Source of the DNA: Chlamydiales bacterium | GTDB lineage: Bacteria; Chlamydiota; Chlamydiia; Chlamydiales; SM23-39 | NCBI GenBank assembly: GCA_965261025.1 | Contig: OZ253438.1 | Location: forward strand, 930,001-962,000 | Reading direction: 5' to 3' | Length of the DNA: 32,000 nucleotides | In this document: positions 15,345 to 24,590 of the stretch, piece by piece | Numbering within the stretch: the stretch's first letter is position 1 | How the letters are laid out: every line of letters starts with the position of its first letter | Made by a program: the position numbers and the translations under genes | The notes under the pieces: model-generated | Seen by the model: the letters and a program-made list of their open reading frames with translations, nothing else | Database searches by the model: none | Told to the model about the DNA's origin: nothing

Positions 15345-17351
15345 TTAGGCTGCATTAGAGAGCCTTTTTGAAACCCTATCTAGAGAACTCTCTTTCTCTT
15401 GGATTTGAATCATATCGCGAAGAATATACAAAGCTTCTCTCATTTGCAAATCCTCTTTAGGGAAAATAGAAGCGGGATCTAAAGAAATAGCCTCCTTGTT
15501 TTGCAGCTTCTCTTTTATCTTTTGCTGTTTTCGTAGAAAATCCTGAAATTTAGAGCTATTTTGCAGTCTCTTCCTGCTATTTTCTTGTAGAAGGGGGAGC
15601 ATCTTTCTCCAGACTGTGATCTTTTTTTGCAAAAAAGGTAAATAATTACTTTGAAACCACCTTTTATGCCTTTCCTCTAAATCTTGTAACGTATCCGCAT
15701 AGGCCGCTTCTAGGTGATCTACAGAAAGAGGATACTCTAAGTATTTCTCCCCTATATTAAAAGGAGCAAAAGCGGAAGGAACCACTATATCTGCTAGTAC
15801 TCCTTCTATCTGGGTAGATCTTCCGGATACCGTATAATACCTTCCCACTGTCACTTTAAAAAAGTACTCCGCATTTTTATCTGTTATGGTTTGGTACTGG
15901 ATAGAACCTTTCCCATAAGTTGTTTTATCTCCCACGATGATAGCAGCTCCATAGTCTTGCAAAGACTGCGCTACAATTTCTGCTGCCGAAGCAGATAATT
16001 TTGAGGTGAGAATAACCAAAGGACCGCTGTAATAGGCGTGAGTATCAAATTTACGAAGATAATGGACTTCATTCTTCCCATATTTTGAAATCGCTACTAC
16101 TCCACTTGATATAAAAACCCCTGCTACCTTCACTGCCTGACTTAAAAAGCCCCCAGGATTATCCCGAAAATCTAAGACAATACCTCGAATAGGAGCAATA
16201 TTTTCTAGGGCTTTTAACGCTCTTTTTAAGTCTTTTTCACTAGTAATGCCGCTAGAGCTTTCATAAAAGGAAGGGAGAACAATTTTAGCTAGGATCCCTC
16301 CTTTGCAAGGCTCGTAGCTATACTGAAGACGATCTTGCTCCATGACAATGGGTTTTTTTTCTAGAAAAAGGGAGATCACTTCTCCTGAGTTTTTTCCCTT
16401 CTTCACTTTCAAAAAAAGCTTCCCCTTTGCTTGATTCATCTCTTGTAAGACCACATCAAATCCTACTTTCTCTACAGATTTTTCATTCACTTGTAAAAGA
16501 ATGTCTTCTACTTCAATCTGCTTAGAGCTAGCAGCTGGCCCATGAGGAACCACGGCTGTGATAATAAATCCCTCTATCCCTTCTGCTAGAACAACTCCAA
16601 TCCCTTCAAACTGTTTTTCTAGACCCATTCTTAGTTCATTTGCTTCTTCTCTGCTAAAAAAAGAGGTATGGGCATCCAGGCTTTTAGCAAATGCCTTGAC
16701 AAGGCGGAGAGCTTTATACTTTTCCCCTTTTTCCCCCTTAGAGAAATAGGGCAGCTCTTGTTTTGCTATTTTTCTTTCATAAAGAACTACAAGCTTTTCT
16801 CTTTTCTCTAGAGAGTCTATACCCCCTCTCTTCTCATGAAACTGAAAAAACCGAGCCATTCTCCCCCAATTTTTCCCTCTTAGCTCTTTTTCGGTTTTGG
16901 CAAAGCCTAGCTCTTTTTCCGTTTTAGCAAAATAAGGAGAGAGAGTTACAGACTCTCTCTCCTGCTCTGCTAGAACATAGCTTTGAGCCTTCTCAATACG
17001 AAGATTACGAGATCTGATTATTGCTCTTTGGATCAAAAGGTCTAAAGTTTGAAAATCGGAAAAGTCCCCCTTTTTCATCCTCTCCATGACTTGAATAGCC
17101 TGCTTTTGATTCATGGTAAAATAAGGGAGGACTTCCTCCTCGTAAAAGTAAACCTTCTCTGGATCAAACTGCTCTATATAGATCCTAAAGGATCTTCTTA
17201 CTATGGTGGGGGTAATATCTTTATTTTCTACATGAAACTGCATTAACCGCTTCATTATCTTGGGGACTTCTTCCATGGTCAAAGTCCCTTGGGAAAACCC
17301 TAAGTTACAAACACAAGCAAAGAGAAATAAAGCTTTTTTTATCATATGCAC
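15345..17351 (-). CDS. ctp: Tail-specific (C-terminal processing) protease, peptidase S41
   Basis: Signal peptide MHMIKKALFLFACVCNLGFSQG, PDZ-like GIGVVLAEGIEGFIITAVVPHGPA. S41 core IRGIVLDFRDNPGG, LVILTSKLSASAAEIVAQSLQDYG, DKTTYGKGSIQ (Ser/Lys dyad context). Confidence 0.9.
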   Translation of the reverse strand: MHMIKKALFLFACVCNLGFSQGTLTMEEVPKIMKRLMQFHVENKDITPTIVRRSFRIYIEQFDPEKVYFYEEEVLPYFTMNQKQAIQVMERMKKGDFSDFQTLDLLIQRAIIRSRNLRIEKAQSYVLAEQERESVTLSPYFAKTEKELGFAKTEKELRGKNWGRMARFFQFHEKRGGIDSLEKREKLVVLYERKIAKQELPYFSKGEKGEKYKALRLVKAFAKSLDAHTSFFSREEANELRMGLEKQFEGIGVVLAEGIEGFIITAVVPHGPAASSKQIEVEDILLQVNEKSVEKVGFDVVLQEMNQAKGKLFLKVKKGKNSGEVISLFLEKKPIVMEQDRLQYSYEPCKGGILAKIVLPSFYESSSGITSEKDLKRALKALENIAPIRGIVLDFRDNPGGFLSQAVKVAGVFISSGVVAISKYGKNEVHYLRKFDTHAYYSGPLVILTSKLSASAAEIVAQSLQDYGAAIIVGDKTTYGKGSIQYQTITDKNAEYFFKVTVGRYYTVSGRSTQIEGVLADIVVPSAFAPFNIGEKYLEYPLSVDHLEAAYADTLQDLEERHKRWFQSNYLPFLQKKITVWRKMLPLLQENSRKRLQNSSKFQDFLRKQQKIKEKLQNKEAISLDPASIFPKEDLQMREALYILRDMIQIQEKESSLDRVSKRLSNAA
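16881..16934. repeat. 27-bp tandem duplication inside ctp (in frame)
   Basis: TAGCTCTTTTTCGGTTTTGGCAAAGCC / TAGCTCTTTTTCCGTTTTAGCAAAATA. It encodes FAKTEKELG-FAKTEKELR in the protein. Confidence 0.8.
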
Positions 17352-17607
17352 TTCATAAAGTTGTGATTAATAAAGGTGGGAGGTTGCTAGAGCATATAAG
17401 GCCGGTTTTATAACCCAAACTTAAGCGTCGTAAGCTTGACCTAACTCCACAACCTCCTAAAGGGATTTTAGTTTTTATTTTATTAACTTTTCAAGTTAAT
17501 TCTAATTAATATTTTATTAGTAATTAAACTTAAATTAATTAAAAAAGTTTTTAAATTAAAAACAAACAACACAAAAAGCTTGCGAGACCTAATGGAGGTA
17601 TTTCTTT

Positions 17608-17636
17608 TTGCTAATAATTCGTTTCCAAGATATATT
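17608..17636 (+). promoter_or_regulatory. Candidate sigma-70-type promoter for rpsL operon
   Basis: TTGCTA (17608..17613), 17-nt spacer, TATATT (17631..17636). AGGAG RBS ~8 nt before ATG 17675. A strongly AT-rich tract lies upstream (17461..17575). Confidence 0.4.
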
Positions 17637-17674
17637 GGACGTTCTTGATGTGTTTCATTTTAGGAGCAGGCTAG

Positions 17675-18046
17675 ATGCCAACAATAAACCAGCTGATAAG
17701 AAAAGAAAGAACCCACAAAAATCCGAGAAAGAAGTCTCCCGCTCTACAGAAGTGTCCCCAAAGAAGGGGCGTTTGCTTGCAAGTAAAGACGAAGACTCCT
17801 AAGAAACCCAACTCTGCTTTGAGAAAAGTAGCCTGGGTAAAACTCTCTAACGGACAGGAAGTTATCGCTTATATCCCAGGAGAAGGTCATAACCTTCAAG
17901 AGCACAGTATCGTTTTAGTAAGAGGGGGACGCGTTAAAGACCTACCTGGGGTTCGCTATCATATCGTTCGAGGGGCACTAGACTGCGGCGCTGTAAAAGA
18001 CCGAAAACAAAGTAGATCAAAATATGGGGCGAAAAGGCCTAAGTAA
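17675..18046 (+). CDS. rpsL: 30S ribosomal protein S12
   Basis: [10 protein letters not shown]...[13 protein letters not shown]...[30 protein letters not shown] is unmistakably S12. Confidence 0.98.
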   Translation: MPTINQLIRKERTHKNPRKKSPALQKCPQRRGVCLQVKTKTPKKPNSALRKVAWVKLSNGQEVIAYIPGEGHNLQEHSIVLVRGGRVKDLPGVRYHIVRGALDCGAVKDRKQSRSKYGAKRPK

Positions 18047-18067
18047 CCGTACATAAGGATGTGAAGA

Positions 18068-18538
18068 ATGTCTAGAAGACGTAGAGCAGAAAAAAGGGAA
18101 ATAGCATCTGATCCTCTATACAAAAGCGAAGCAGTGGCCAGATTTGTGAACTGCCTCATGATAGGAGGAAAGCGTTCTTTGGCTCAAAGAATTCTTTATT
18201 CTGCTATGGAGGATTTCAAAAAGAAAATCCAGGCAGAAAATATCTTAGAAGCATTTGAGCAAGCGCTTGAAAATGCAAAACCCTTTCTAGAGGTAAAGTC
18301 TAGGAGAATTGGAGGAGCTACTTTCCAGGTTCCCGTTGAAATAGCGCCTTCCCGAAGAGCCTCTTTGGCTATGAGATGGATTATTACTAATGCAAAGAAC
18401 AAGCCTGGAAGATCTATGATCCAGGGTCTTAGCATGGAGCTTTCTGACTGTTATCAAAACCAGGGCTCTACTATCAAGAAAAAAGAAGAAGTTCACCGAA
18501 TGGCAGAAGCGAATCGAGCTTTTGCCCACTACAAGTAA
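18068..18538 (+). CDS. rpsG: 30S ribosomal protein S7
   Basis: [16 protein letters not shown]...[16 protein letters not shown]...[10 protein letters not shown] is the S7 signature. Confidence 0.97.
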   Translation: MSRRRRAEKREIASDPLYKSEAVARFVNCLMIGGKRSLAQRILYSAMEDFKKKIQAENILEAFEQALENAKPFLEVKSRRIGGATFQVPVEIAPSRRASLAMRWIITNAKNKPGRSMIQGLSMELSDCYQNQGSTIKKKEEVHRMAEANRAFAHYK

Positions 18539-18543
18539 GAGAT

Positions 18544-20637
18544 ATGGCAAAGAGAGCAGAAAAGGATAAGTTATCCAATGTAAGAAACATTGGAATCATG
18601 GCCCACATTGATGCAGGGAAAACTACCACTACAGAGAGGATTCTGTTTTATTCTGGAAAATCCCATAAGATAGGAGAGGTTCATGAAGGGGCAGCTACCA
18701 TGGATTTCATGGAGCAGGAGAAAGAAAGAGGTATAACCATCACCTCCGCTGCTACCACTATCTATTGGGGAGACTGTAAAGTTAATATCATTGATACTCC
18801 AGGGCACGTTGATTTTACCGTAGAGGTGGAAAGGTCTCTTCGAGTTTTAGATGGAGCGGTTGCTGTTTTTTGCGCTGTGGCAGGAGTACAGCCTCAATCG
18901 GAAACGGTCTGGAGACAAGCAGACTCTTATGGAGTTCCTCGGATTGCCTTTGTGAACAAGATGGATCGTACGGGAGCTGATTTTTTTTCTGCTGTAGACT
19001 CTATGAAAGAAAGGCTAGCTGCTAATGCTATAGCAGTTCATTGCCCTATTGGAGAGGGAGCTGAATTCAAAGGCCTTGTAGATCTTATCTCTGAGCAAGC
19101 CTACGTCTTTAACAATGAGTCTATGGGAGCCGAATACGAGATAGCAGAAATTCCAGAAGACTTGAAAGAAAAGTGTGCTTCTATGCGTTCTCTTCTTTTA
19201 GAAGAACTTGCTACTTTAGACGAAGGAAATGAGGTTTTTTTAACAAAAGTCTTGGAGGATCCTGAATCTCTTACTGTGGAAGAGATTCACCAAGTGATTC
19301 GAAAAGGAGTTATAGAGAACAAATTCACCCCTGTTCTTTGTGGAAGTGCTTTCAAAAATAAGGGAGTTCAGCAAATTTTGGATGCTATTGTTTCTTGGAT
19401 GCCCTCCCCTATAGACCGAGGAAATATCAAGGGAGTTAATCTAGACACTGAAGCAGAGATATCTATCGAACCAAAAGATGATGCTCCGCTAGCTGCTCTA
19501 GCTTTTAAGGTAGCAACTGATCCTTACGTAGGAAGAATTACTTTTATTCGGATCTACAGTGGCACTTTGGAAAAGGGTATGACTCTGATTAACACAGCAA
19601 AAGACGGAAAAAGGGAAAGAGTTTCTCGTCTTCTACAAATGCATGCGAATCAAAGAGAGGACAAAGAAGCCTTTTTCACAGGAGACATTGCTGCTTGTAT
19701 TGGGCTAAAAAATGCCACTACAGGCGATACTCTTTGTAATGAAGATAACCCTCTTATTTTGGAACAGATGCATTTTCCAGAGCCTGTTATTTCTATGGCT
19801 ATTGAGCCTAAATCGAAGGCTGATAGAGAAAAGCTTTCCACAGCTCTAAGCGCTTTATCAGAAGAAGATCCCACTTTCCGGGTTTCTACCAATGAAGAAA
19901 CAGGGCAAACTATCATTTCAGGGATGGGAGAGCTTCACTTAGAAATCTTAAAAGATAGAATGTTTCGGGAATTTAAGGTAGAGGCTAATGTCGGCAAGCC
20001 CCAAGTTTCTTATAAGGAAACTATTACCAAACCAGGAAAGACAGAAACCAAGTTTGTAAAACAGTCAGGTGGTAGAGGGCAATACGCTCATGTTTGTCTA
20101 GAAATAGAGCCAAATGCCCCTGGAGAAGGAAATAAAATTGAGAATAAAATTGTAGGGGGCGTTATTCCCAAGGAATATATTCCTGCTGTAATCAAAGGAA
20201 TCGAGGAAGGGCTTGCTACGGGAGCTTTGGCGGGATATAATTTGGTAGACACAAAAATTCGCATTGTATACGGCTCTTATCACGATGTAGACTCAAATGA
20301 GATGGCTTTTAAGATATGCGCTTCTATGGCTATCAAGGACGCTGCGAAAAAATGCAACCCTGTTATCCTAGAGCCTATCATGAAAGTAGAAGCAACAACT
20401 CCTGAGGAATATATGGGTGATGTGATTGGCGACTTAAACCGAAGAAGAGGAAAAATCTTAGGTCAGGATAGCAAAAAAGGGGTTACGGTAGTTCTCGCTG
20501 AAGTTCCTTTAAGTGAGATGTTTGGCTACTCTACCCAGCTCCGTTCCATTACTTCGGGAAGGGCCAGTTATACCATGGAACCCGCCCAGTTTGAGAAGGT
20601 TCCCAGTAAAATCCAGGAAGAGATCTTAGCAAAATAA
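18544..20637 (+). CDS. fusA: Elongation factor G
   Basis: G-domain motifs [14 protein letters not shown] and NKMD, then EF-G domains II-V (..GELHLEI..). 697 aa. Confidence 0.98.
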   Translation: MAKRAEKDKLSNVRNIGIMAHIDAGKTTTTERILFYSGKSHKIGEVHEGAATMDFMEQEKERGITITSAATTIYWGDCKVNIIDTPGHVDFTVEVERSLRVLDGAVAVFCAVAGVQPQSETVWRQADSYGVPRIAFVNKMDRTGADFFSAVDSMKERLAANAIAVHCPIGEGAEFKGLVDLISEQAYVFNNESMGAEYEIAEIPEDLKEKCASMRSLLLEELATLDEGNEVFLTKVLEDPESLTVEEIHQVIRKGVIENKFTPVLCGSAFKNKGVQQILDAIVSWMPSPIDRGNIKGVNLDTEAEISIEPKDDAPLAALAFKVATDPYVGRITFIRIYSGTLEKGMTLINTAKDGKRERVSRLLQMHANQREDKEAFFTGDIAACIGLKNATTGDTLCNEDNPLILEQMHFPEPVISMAIEPKSKADREKLSTALSALSEEDPTFRVSTNEETGQTIISGMGELHLEILKDRMFREFKVEANVGKPQVSYKETITKPGKTETKFVKQSGGRGQYAHVCLEIEPNAPGEGNKIENKIVGGVIPKEYIPAVIKGIEEGLATGALAGYNLVDTKIRIVYGSYHDVDSNEMAFKICASMAIKDAAKKCNPVILEPIMKVEATTPEEYMGDVIGDLNRRRGKILGQDSKKGVTVVLAEVPLSEMFGYSTQLRSITSGRASYTMEPAQFEKVPSKIQEEILAK

Positions 20638-20647
20638 AGAAGGAATT

Positions 20648-20974
20648 ATGACTAAACAGACTACTACTAAAGTACAAAAAAAAATTCGGATCCGTTTGAA
20701 GGCCTATGATCAGAGGGCTTTAGATAGATCTACTGCTGATATTATAGAAACCGCAAAAAGAACGGGAGCTCGGGTTGTAGGCCCCATTCCCCTTCCTACT
20801 AAGAGAGAGATTTATACTGTGTTAAGATCCCCTCACGTAGACAGAAAATCAAGGGAACAGTTTTCTATTCATACTCATATGAGGATGCTTGATATCATCC
20901 CTACCCCGGATACTATCGATAAGCTAAAAGTCCTTCCTGTGGCAGAAGGAGTCGATATTACCATTAGAGCTTAG
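20648..20974 (+). CDS. rpsJ: 30S ribosomal protein S10
   Basis: [40 protein letters not shown]...[15 protein letters not shown] is the S10 signature. Confidence 0.97.
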   Translation: MTKQTTTKVQKKIRIRLKAYDQRALDRSTADIIETAKRTGARVVGPIPLPTKREIYTVLRSPHVDRKSREQFSIHTHMRMLDIIPTPDTIDKLKVLPVAEGVDITIRA

Positions 20975-21327
20975 AAATTTGAGCTCGTCTGAATATCCAG
21001 GCTATTTCTCTGAAAAGGGGCTGGGCTTTCTTGGAAGATTTTCTTTTCAAAGACTTTTCCTTCCTTAAAGCGAATGAGATAGTGCCTTTCTTCCTGATTT
21101 ATCGTGTTTGCGTAAATTCTCTCCACATATTCGTATTCCACCACCCCATTTTCTTTTTTTCTCACTAGATACGGCCTGCCTAGTTTTTCCCTCACTTCTT
21201 GGCAGCTCTCCCCCAAAGAAACTCCCGAAAAACTATCCATAGTAACTATTTTATGTCCCATACTACAAGAAAATAAGAAAAGGAAAACACCAAAGAAAAT
21301 TCCTTTTCTAGTTAATTTTTTAACCAA
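20971..21327 (-). CDS. Putative lipoprotein (possibly SmpA/OmlA-BamE-like)
   Basis: Signal peptide with lipobox-like LFSC (FLFLFSCS). Short beta-rich body with the pattern G.S..EV.EKLGRP. Its stop overlaps the rpsJ stop (convergent). Confidence 0.55.
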   Translation of the reverse strand: MVKKLTRKGIFFGVFLFLFSCSMGHKIVTMDSFSGVSLGESCQEVREKLGRPYLVRKKENGVVEYEYVERIYANTINQEERHYLIRFKEGKVFEKKIFQESPAPFQRNSLDIQTSSNF

Positions 21328-21767
21328 ATTTCCCCCTGAATTTGTGTTCTAAATTGATCGCTAGAAGAAACATATTCTGCATACATACGATAACACCCCT
21401 CTTTTATCAGGCTATATGTTTCAAACCCTTCAAAATTAAGCTCATTATTTCGAAACTCCCAGGCGACATTTTTTTCATCAAAAACTCCCTTACCAACTAC
21501 CTTTCCCACGTTTTGATTTTCCATTTCCACAGAAAACGTCTTAGGTTGAAAATCAAAAAAAACTATCTCATTTCTCATACCTTCAGAAAGCCCTTGGATT
21601 TGGATTTCCTGTACACATTGGACCTTTCCCGCTAGATCTTTTCCCGCTATGCTCCAATCTGCCAAAAATTTCAAGTTTTCTTCTACCATGTTTAATAGAA
21701 TTTTCCCTTCCCCCGTCCACTTTCCTGGGAAAAAAAGAAATCCGTGTTTACTATTTTGCTTATCCAT
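21312..21767 (-). CDS. Hypothetical protein (151 aa)
   Basis: Clean ORF. It is coupled to rodA (TGATG overlap at 21767) and overlaps the downstream lipoprotein gene by 16 nt. No motif recognised. Confidence 0.6.
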   Translation of the reverse strand: MDKQNSKHGFLFFPGKWTGEGKILLNMVEENLKFLADWSIAGKDLAGKVQCVQEIQIQGLSEGMRNEIVFFDFQPKTFSVEMENQNVGKVVGKGVFDEKNVAWEFRNNELNFEGFETYSLIKEGCYRMYAEYVSSSDQFRTQIQGEIWLKN

Positions 21768-22891
21768 CAGAACATAAACCTTCTTATATATATACTTTGT
21801 AAAATCCCCAGGGCTGCCATAGTTACTAAAACAGAATTAGAACCATAGGTTAACAAAACCAAAGGGACCCCTGATATAGGTAAAAAGCCACACATCATAG
21901 CTGTATTCATTACCATATGCATTGCAAGATAGACAGTCAACCCTGAAGCTAAAAAAGATCCATAGGTATCTTTTGCACAAGAGCATGTATAAAAACCCCG
22001 ATAAACAACTCCTAAGAAAATAATGAGCAAAAAACCCATTCCCAAAAGACCAAATTCTTCTCCAAAAGAGGAAAAAACTGAATCAGTGTGGGGAGCTGGG
22101 AGCCATTTTTGCGAAGAAAAAGTTCCTTTTTTCCAGCCGATTCCTTGAATTCCTCCAATAGCAATAGCAGTCTTAGAAGCCCTTTGATGGTATGTATCAG
22201 GGTTCAATCTTTCAAACTGATAGGGTTTCATAAATTTAGTAAAGTAAGGTTTCATATTCTGATGGGAAAGGATTCCTAAAAAAACGGCTATTACAAAGAG
22301 AAAAATCAAAGAAAACCCCCATAAATAACACCGAAATAATCTTCGGTGCAAACCTCCTAAATAGGCCATAATTAAAAAAATAGGTAAAAGGACTAAGGCT
22401 GAGCCTAAGTCAGGCTGCTTTAAGATAAGCAAAAAAGGGCATAAAAGCAGAAGAGTAAGCTGTAAAGAACAAGAAAGTCGATTCATAGTTTCTGTTTTTC
22501 TTTCTAAAAACCATCCAAGAGCAAGAACTACCACCAACTTTGCATATTCAGAAGGCTGAACTGTCATCTTCAGAAAAGGAATATAATACCATCTATGGAC
22601 TTGATTCATGGCACTGGTAAAGTAAAGTCCTATTAGGGAAAAAATCATAAAAAGATACAAAAACCATGTCCACTCTCTCAACTTTTGATAGTCAAACCCT
22701 GCAAAAAAGAAAAATATTCCCCATCCTAAGATAAAAGCTCGAATCTGACTCTTTACGCACCTTGTAAAAAAGAAAAAAGAGCTATTTTCTTGTGTAGTAG
22801 AGCTGATGATCAGAAGAGAAAAAAGCATCAAAAGAAAAATAAGAAAAAGAACTTTCCCATCGATTCGGGAAAAATATTTAGAGCTCCACAT
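21767..22891 (-). CDS. rodA: SEDS-family peptidoglycan polymerase (RodA/FtsW family)
   Basis: QPSEYAKLVVVLALGWFL, KQPDLGSALVLLPIFLIM, LPAPHTDSVFSSFGEEFGLLG and PLVLLTYGSNSVL are SEDS motifs. About 10 TMS. The rodA call over ftsW rests on size and on the neighbouring birA, as I recall for Chlamydiaceae. Confidence 0.8.
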   Translation of the reverse strand: MWSSKYFSRIDGKVLFLIFLLMLFSLLIISSTTQENSSFFFFTRCVKSQIRAFILGWGIFFFFAGFDYQKLREWTWFLYLFMIFSLIGLYFTSAMNQVHRWYYIPFLKMTVQPSEYAKLVVVLALGWFLERKTETMNRLSCSLQLTLLLLCPFLLILKQPDLGSALVLLPIFLIMAYLGGLHRRLFRCYLWGFSLIFLFVIAVFLGILSHQNMKPYFTKFMKPYQFERLNPDTYHQRASKTAIAIGGIQGIGWKKGTFSSQKWLPAPHTDSVFSSFGEEFGLLGMGFLLIIFLGVVYRGFYTCSCAKDTYGSFLASGLTVYLAMHMVMNTAMMCGFLPISGVPLVLLTYGSNSVLVTMAALGILQSIYIRRFMF

Positions 22892-23119
22892 GGTTCTTCC
22901 TAAAAATCTTCACTTAAGTCTATTTGAGGTAGATCTTTAGCTTAGATTAATAGGAAAGGGCTTTTCTCCAAACAGAAATTGCTTTTTCCTAAACCTCTTC
23001 CTAATTCAGATCGACTAACTACTCAAACCAAAACCGAATCGCTCTTACGCTGTATTGTAATTTTTTTCCTTGTTCAGATCTTTATTTACCCAGTAGACTA
23101 CCCAGAGTTGGTCTTAAAT

Positions 23120-23854
23120 ATGCCTATAACTTATATCCACCTAGATACCCTACCTTCCACTCAAGATTGGGCGAAAAAAGAAAGAGCTTCTTTTAACAAA
23201 GAATCTCTTGTGTGTGTAGTAGCAAAAAAGCAGACAAAGGGAAGGGGGAAATTGCTACGCCCTTGGATCTCATCCGAAGGCGATATTTCAGCTACATACT
23301 GCTTTTATCTACCCAGAGAAACAAAAGATCTTTTTAGCCTAGCCCAATTACTTTCTTTAAGCCTTGTCAGACTTCTTTTACAAAGAAATCTCTCTCCTCA
23401 GCTAAAATGGCCCAATGACATTCTTCTTTCAAAAAAAAAACTAGCTGGAATTCTGTGTGAAACTAGTTTAGAAGGTTCAGATTACCAAGTTTTTTTAGGA
23501 TTAGGAATGAATGTAAATCAGGATTTTTCCTCTTTACAAAAGATTGATCAACCCGCTACCTCTCTTTGGGTTGAAACAAACCAAAAAGAAAATCCTTTAA
23601 CCCTATTAGAGGAATTAGAACCTTTTTTTTTAGAAGATCTTGCCTTATTTCGGGAAAAAGGTTTTTCTGCTTTTTATAAAGAATACCAAGCTTTTCTTGT
23701 CTTTTTAGGAGAAAAAATCCGCTGCTTAGAAGGAAAAAAAGTGTATGAAGGCCTTTGTGAAGGAATCAATTCTTCCGGAGCCTTACTCCTTCGTACTTTA
23801 GAAGGCTCTTTGAAAACCCTTTATTCAGCAGATATTCTTTACACACGAGTCTAA
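23120..23854 (+). CDS. birA: Biotin--[acetyl-CoA-carboxylase] ligase (group I BirA, no HTH)
   Basis: LDTLPSTQDWA, QTKGRGKLLRPWISSEGD (GRGRxGRxW-like) and KWPNDILLSKKKLAGILCE. I place the start at ATG 23120. The track TTG 22979 start adds 47 aa of non-BirA-like sequence. Confidence 0.85.
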   Translation: MPITYIHLDTLPSTQDWAKKERASFNKESLVCVVAKKQTKGRGKLLRPWISSEGDISATYCFYLPRETKDLFSLAQLLSLSLVRLLLQRNLSPQLKWPNDILLSKKKLAGILCETSLEGSDYQVFLGLGMNVNQDFSSLQKIDQPATSLWVETNQKENPLTLLEELEPFFLEDLALFREKGFSAFYKEYQAFLVFLGEKIRCLEGKKVYEGLCEGINSSGALLLRTLEGSLKTLYSADILYTRV

Positions 23855-23876
23855 AACCCAGAAACAAACCCCTTAC

Positions 23877-24590
23877 TTATAGCTCTGGAATTACCCGAAT
23901 AGAGGGATAAAGGTGCGTTTGTAAGATATTTTGGATGGCAGAAAGCGTTGATCCCGTGGCAGCGTAGCATCCTGTACAGCTACCAGAATAACGGATCGTT
24001 AGCTCCTCTTTTTCACTAAGTCCAACTACCTCCACTCCTCCCGCATCAAGTTCTATATAAGGACGAATTTTTTCTTCCAAGACTCTTTGGATAAGAGAAA
24101 GTTTTTTTTCTAAAGGATAAGAAGGCCAATCTTCTAAAACTTGAGGCTCTTCTTCTAAAAGCAAAGGAGTCTGTTCAAAGTTATCTGCAAAAGGAATATC
24201 TAAACACTCGTAAACTGCCTTATCTAAGGCTTCCAAAATAAGGTTATAAAAAGAGGCCCATTGGATAGGAAACGTACCTTGAATTCCCGCTGTTTTTTCC
24301 AAAAGATCAGAAGAAATACGAGAAGCTTGATCGTAGGTTTTCCGTATTAAAATGGAACTGGTAATTTCTAAAAAAGCAAGAAGAGGCGTCTCTCCTATGG
24401 CTTGATAAGAAACATCTGAAATGACCCCATCTTGTTCATCTACTAACCAAAAAAAACAAATCTCGGAAAATTCCTTCTTTGCTCTCCCTGTTACAAGTCT
24501 CATTCCTGGTTTCGTCTTGGTAAAAGACCCACAAAAAGAAAGAGATAATAAGGCTTCTCTCATCTTTTCTGTATATAAAGACCAGCTCAC
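23877..24590 (-). CDS. NifU-like protein: degenerate IscU-like N-domain plus Nfu/NifU C-terminal domain
   Basis: The C-terminus IRPYIELDAGGVEVVGLSEKEELTIRYSGSCTGCYAATGSTLSAIQNIL is the NifU_C CxxC domain. The N-domain aligns loosely to IscU but lacks the conserved Cys contexts. Confidence 0.75.
   Translation of the reverse strand: MSWSLYTEKMREALLSLSFCGSFTKTKPGMRLVTGRAKKEFSEICFFWLVDEQDGVISDVSYQAIGETPLLAFLEITSSILIRKTYDQASRISSDLLEKTAGIQGTFPIQWASFYNLILEALDKAVYECLDIPFADNFEQTPLLLEEEPQVLEDWPSYPLEKKLSLIQRVLEEKIRPYIELDAGGVEVVGLSEKEELTIRYSGSCTGCYAATGSTLSAIQNILQTHLYPSIRVIPEL

Noticed and set aside
17608-17802. 64-aa ORF overlapping the rpsL start
   Set aside because: It is out of frame with the unmistakable S12 coding sequence, so it is spurious. 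The same holds for antisense ORFs in rpsG, fusA, ctp, rodA, gpmA, PiT and glgP (e.g. 18196..18435, 19650..19916, 29995..30381, 30699..30899).
22979-23119. TTG-initiated 47-aa extension of birA
   Set aside because: The extension is hydrophobic or low-complexity and unlike BirA. ATG 23120 gives a ~245-aa group I BirA starting just before the conserved LDTLPSTQ region.
23437-23650. Homopolymers A10 (about 23439..23448) and T9 (about 23626..23634) inside birA as possible phase-variation tracts
   Set aside because: They encode ordinary KKK / PFFL in an AT-rich genome within an essential gene. There is no evidence of slippage, since the frame is intact.
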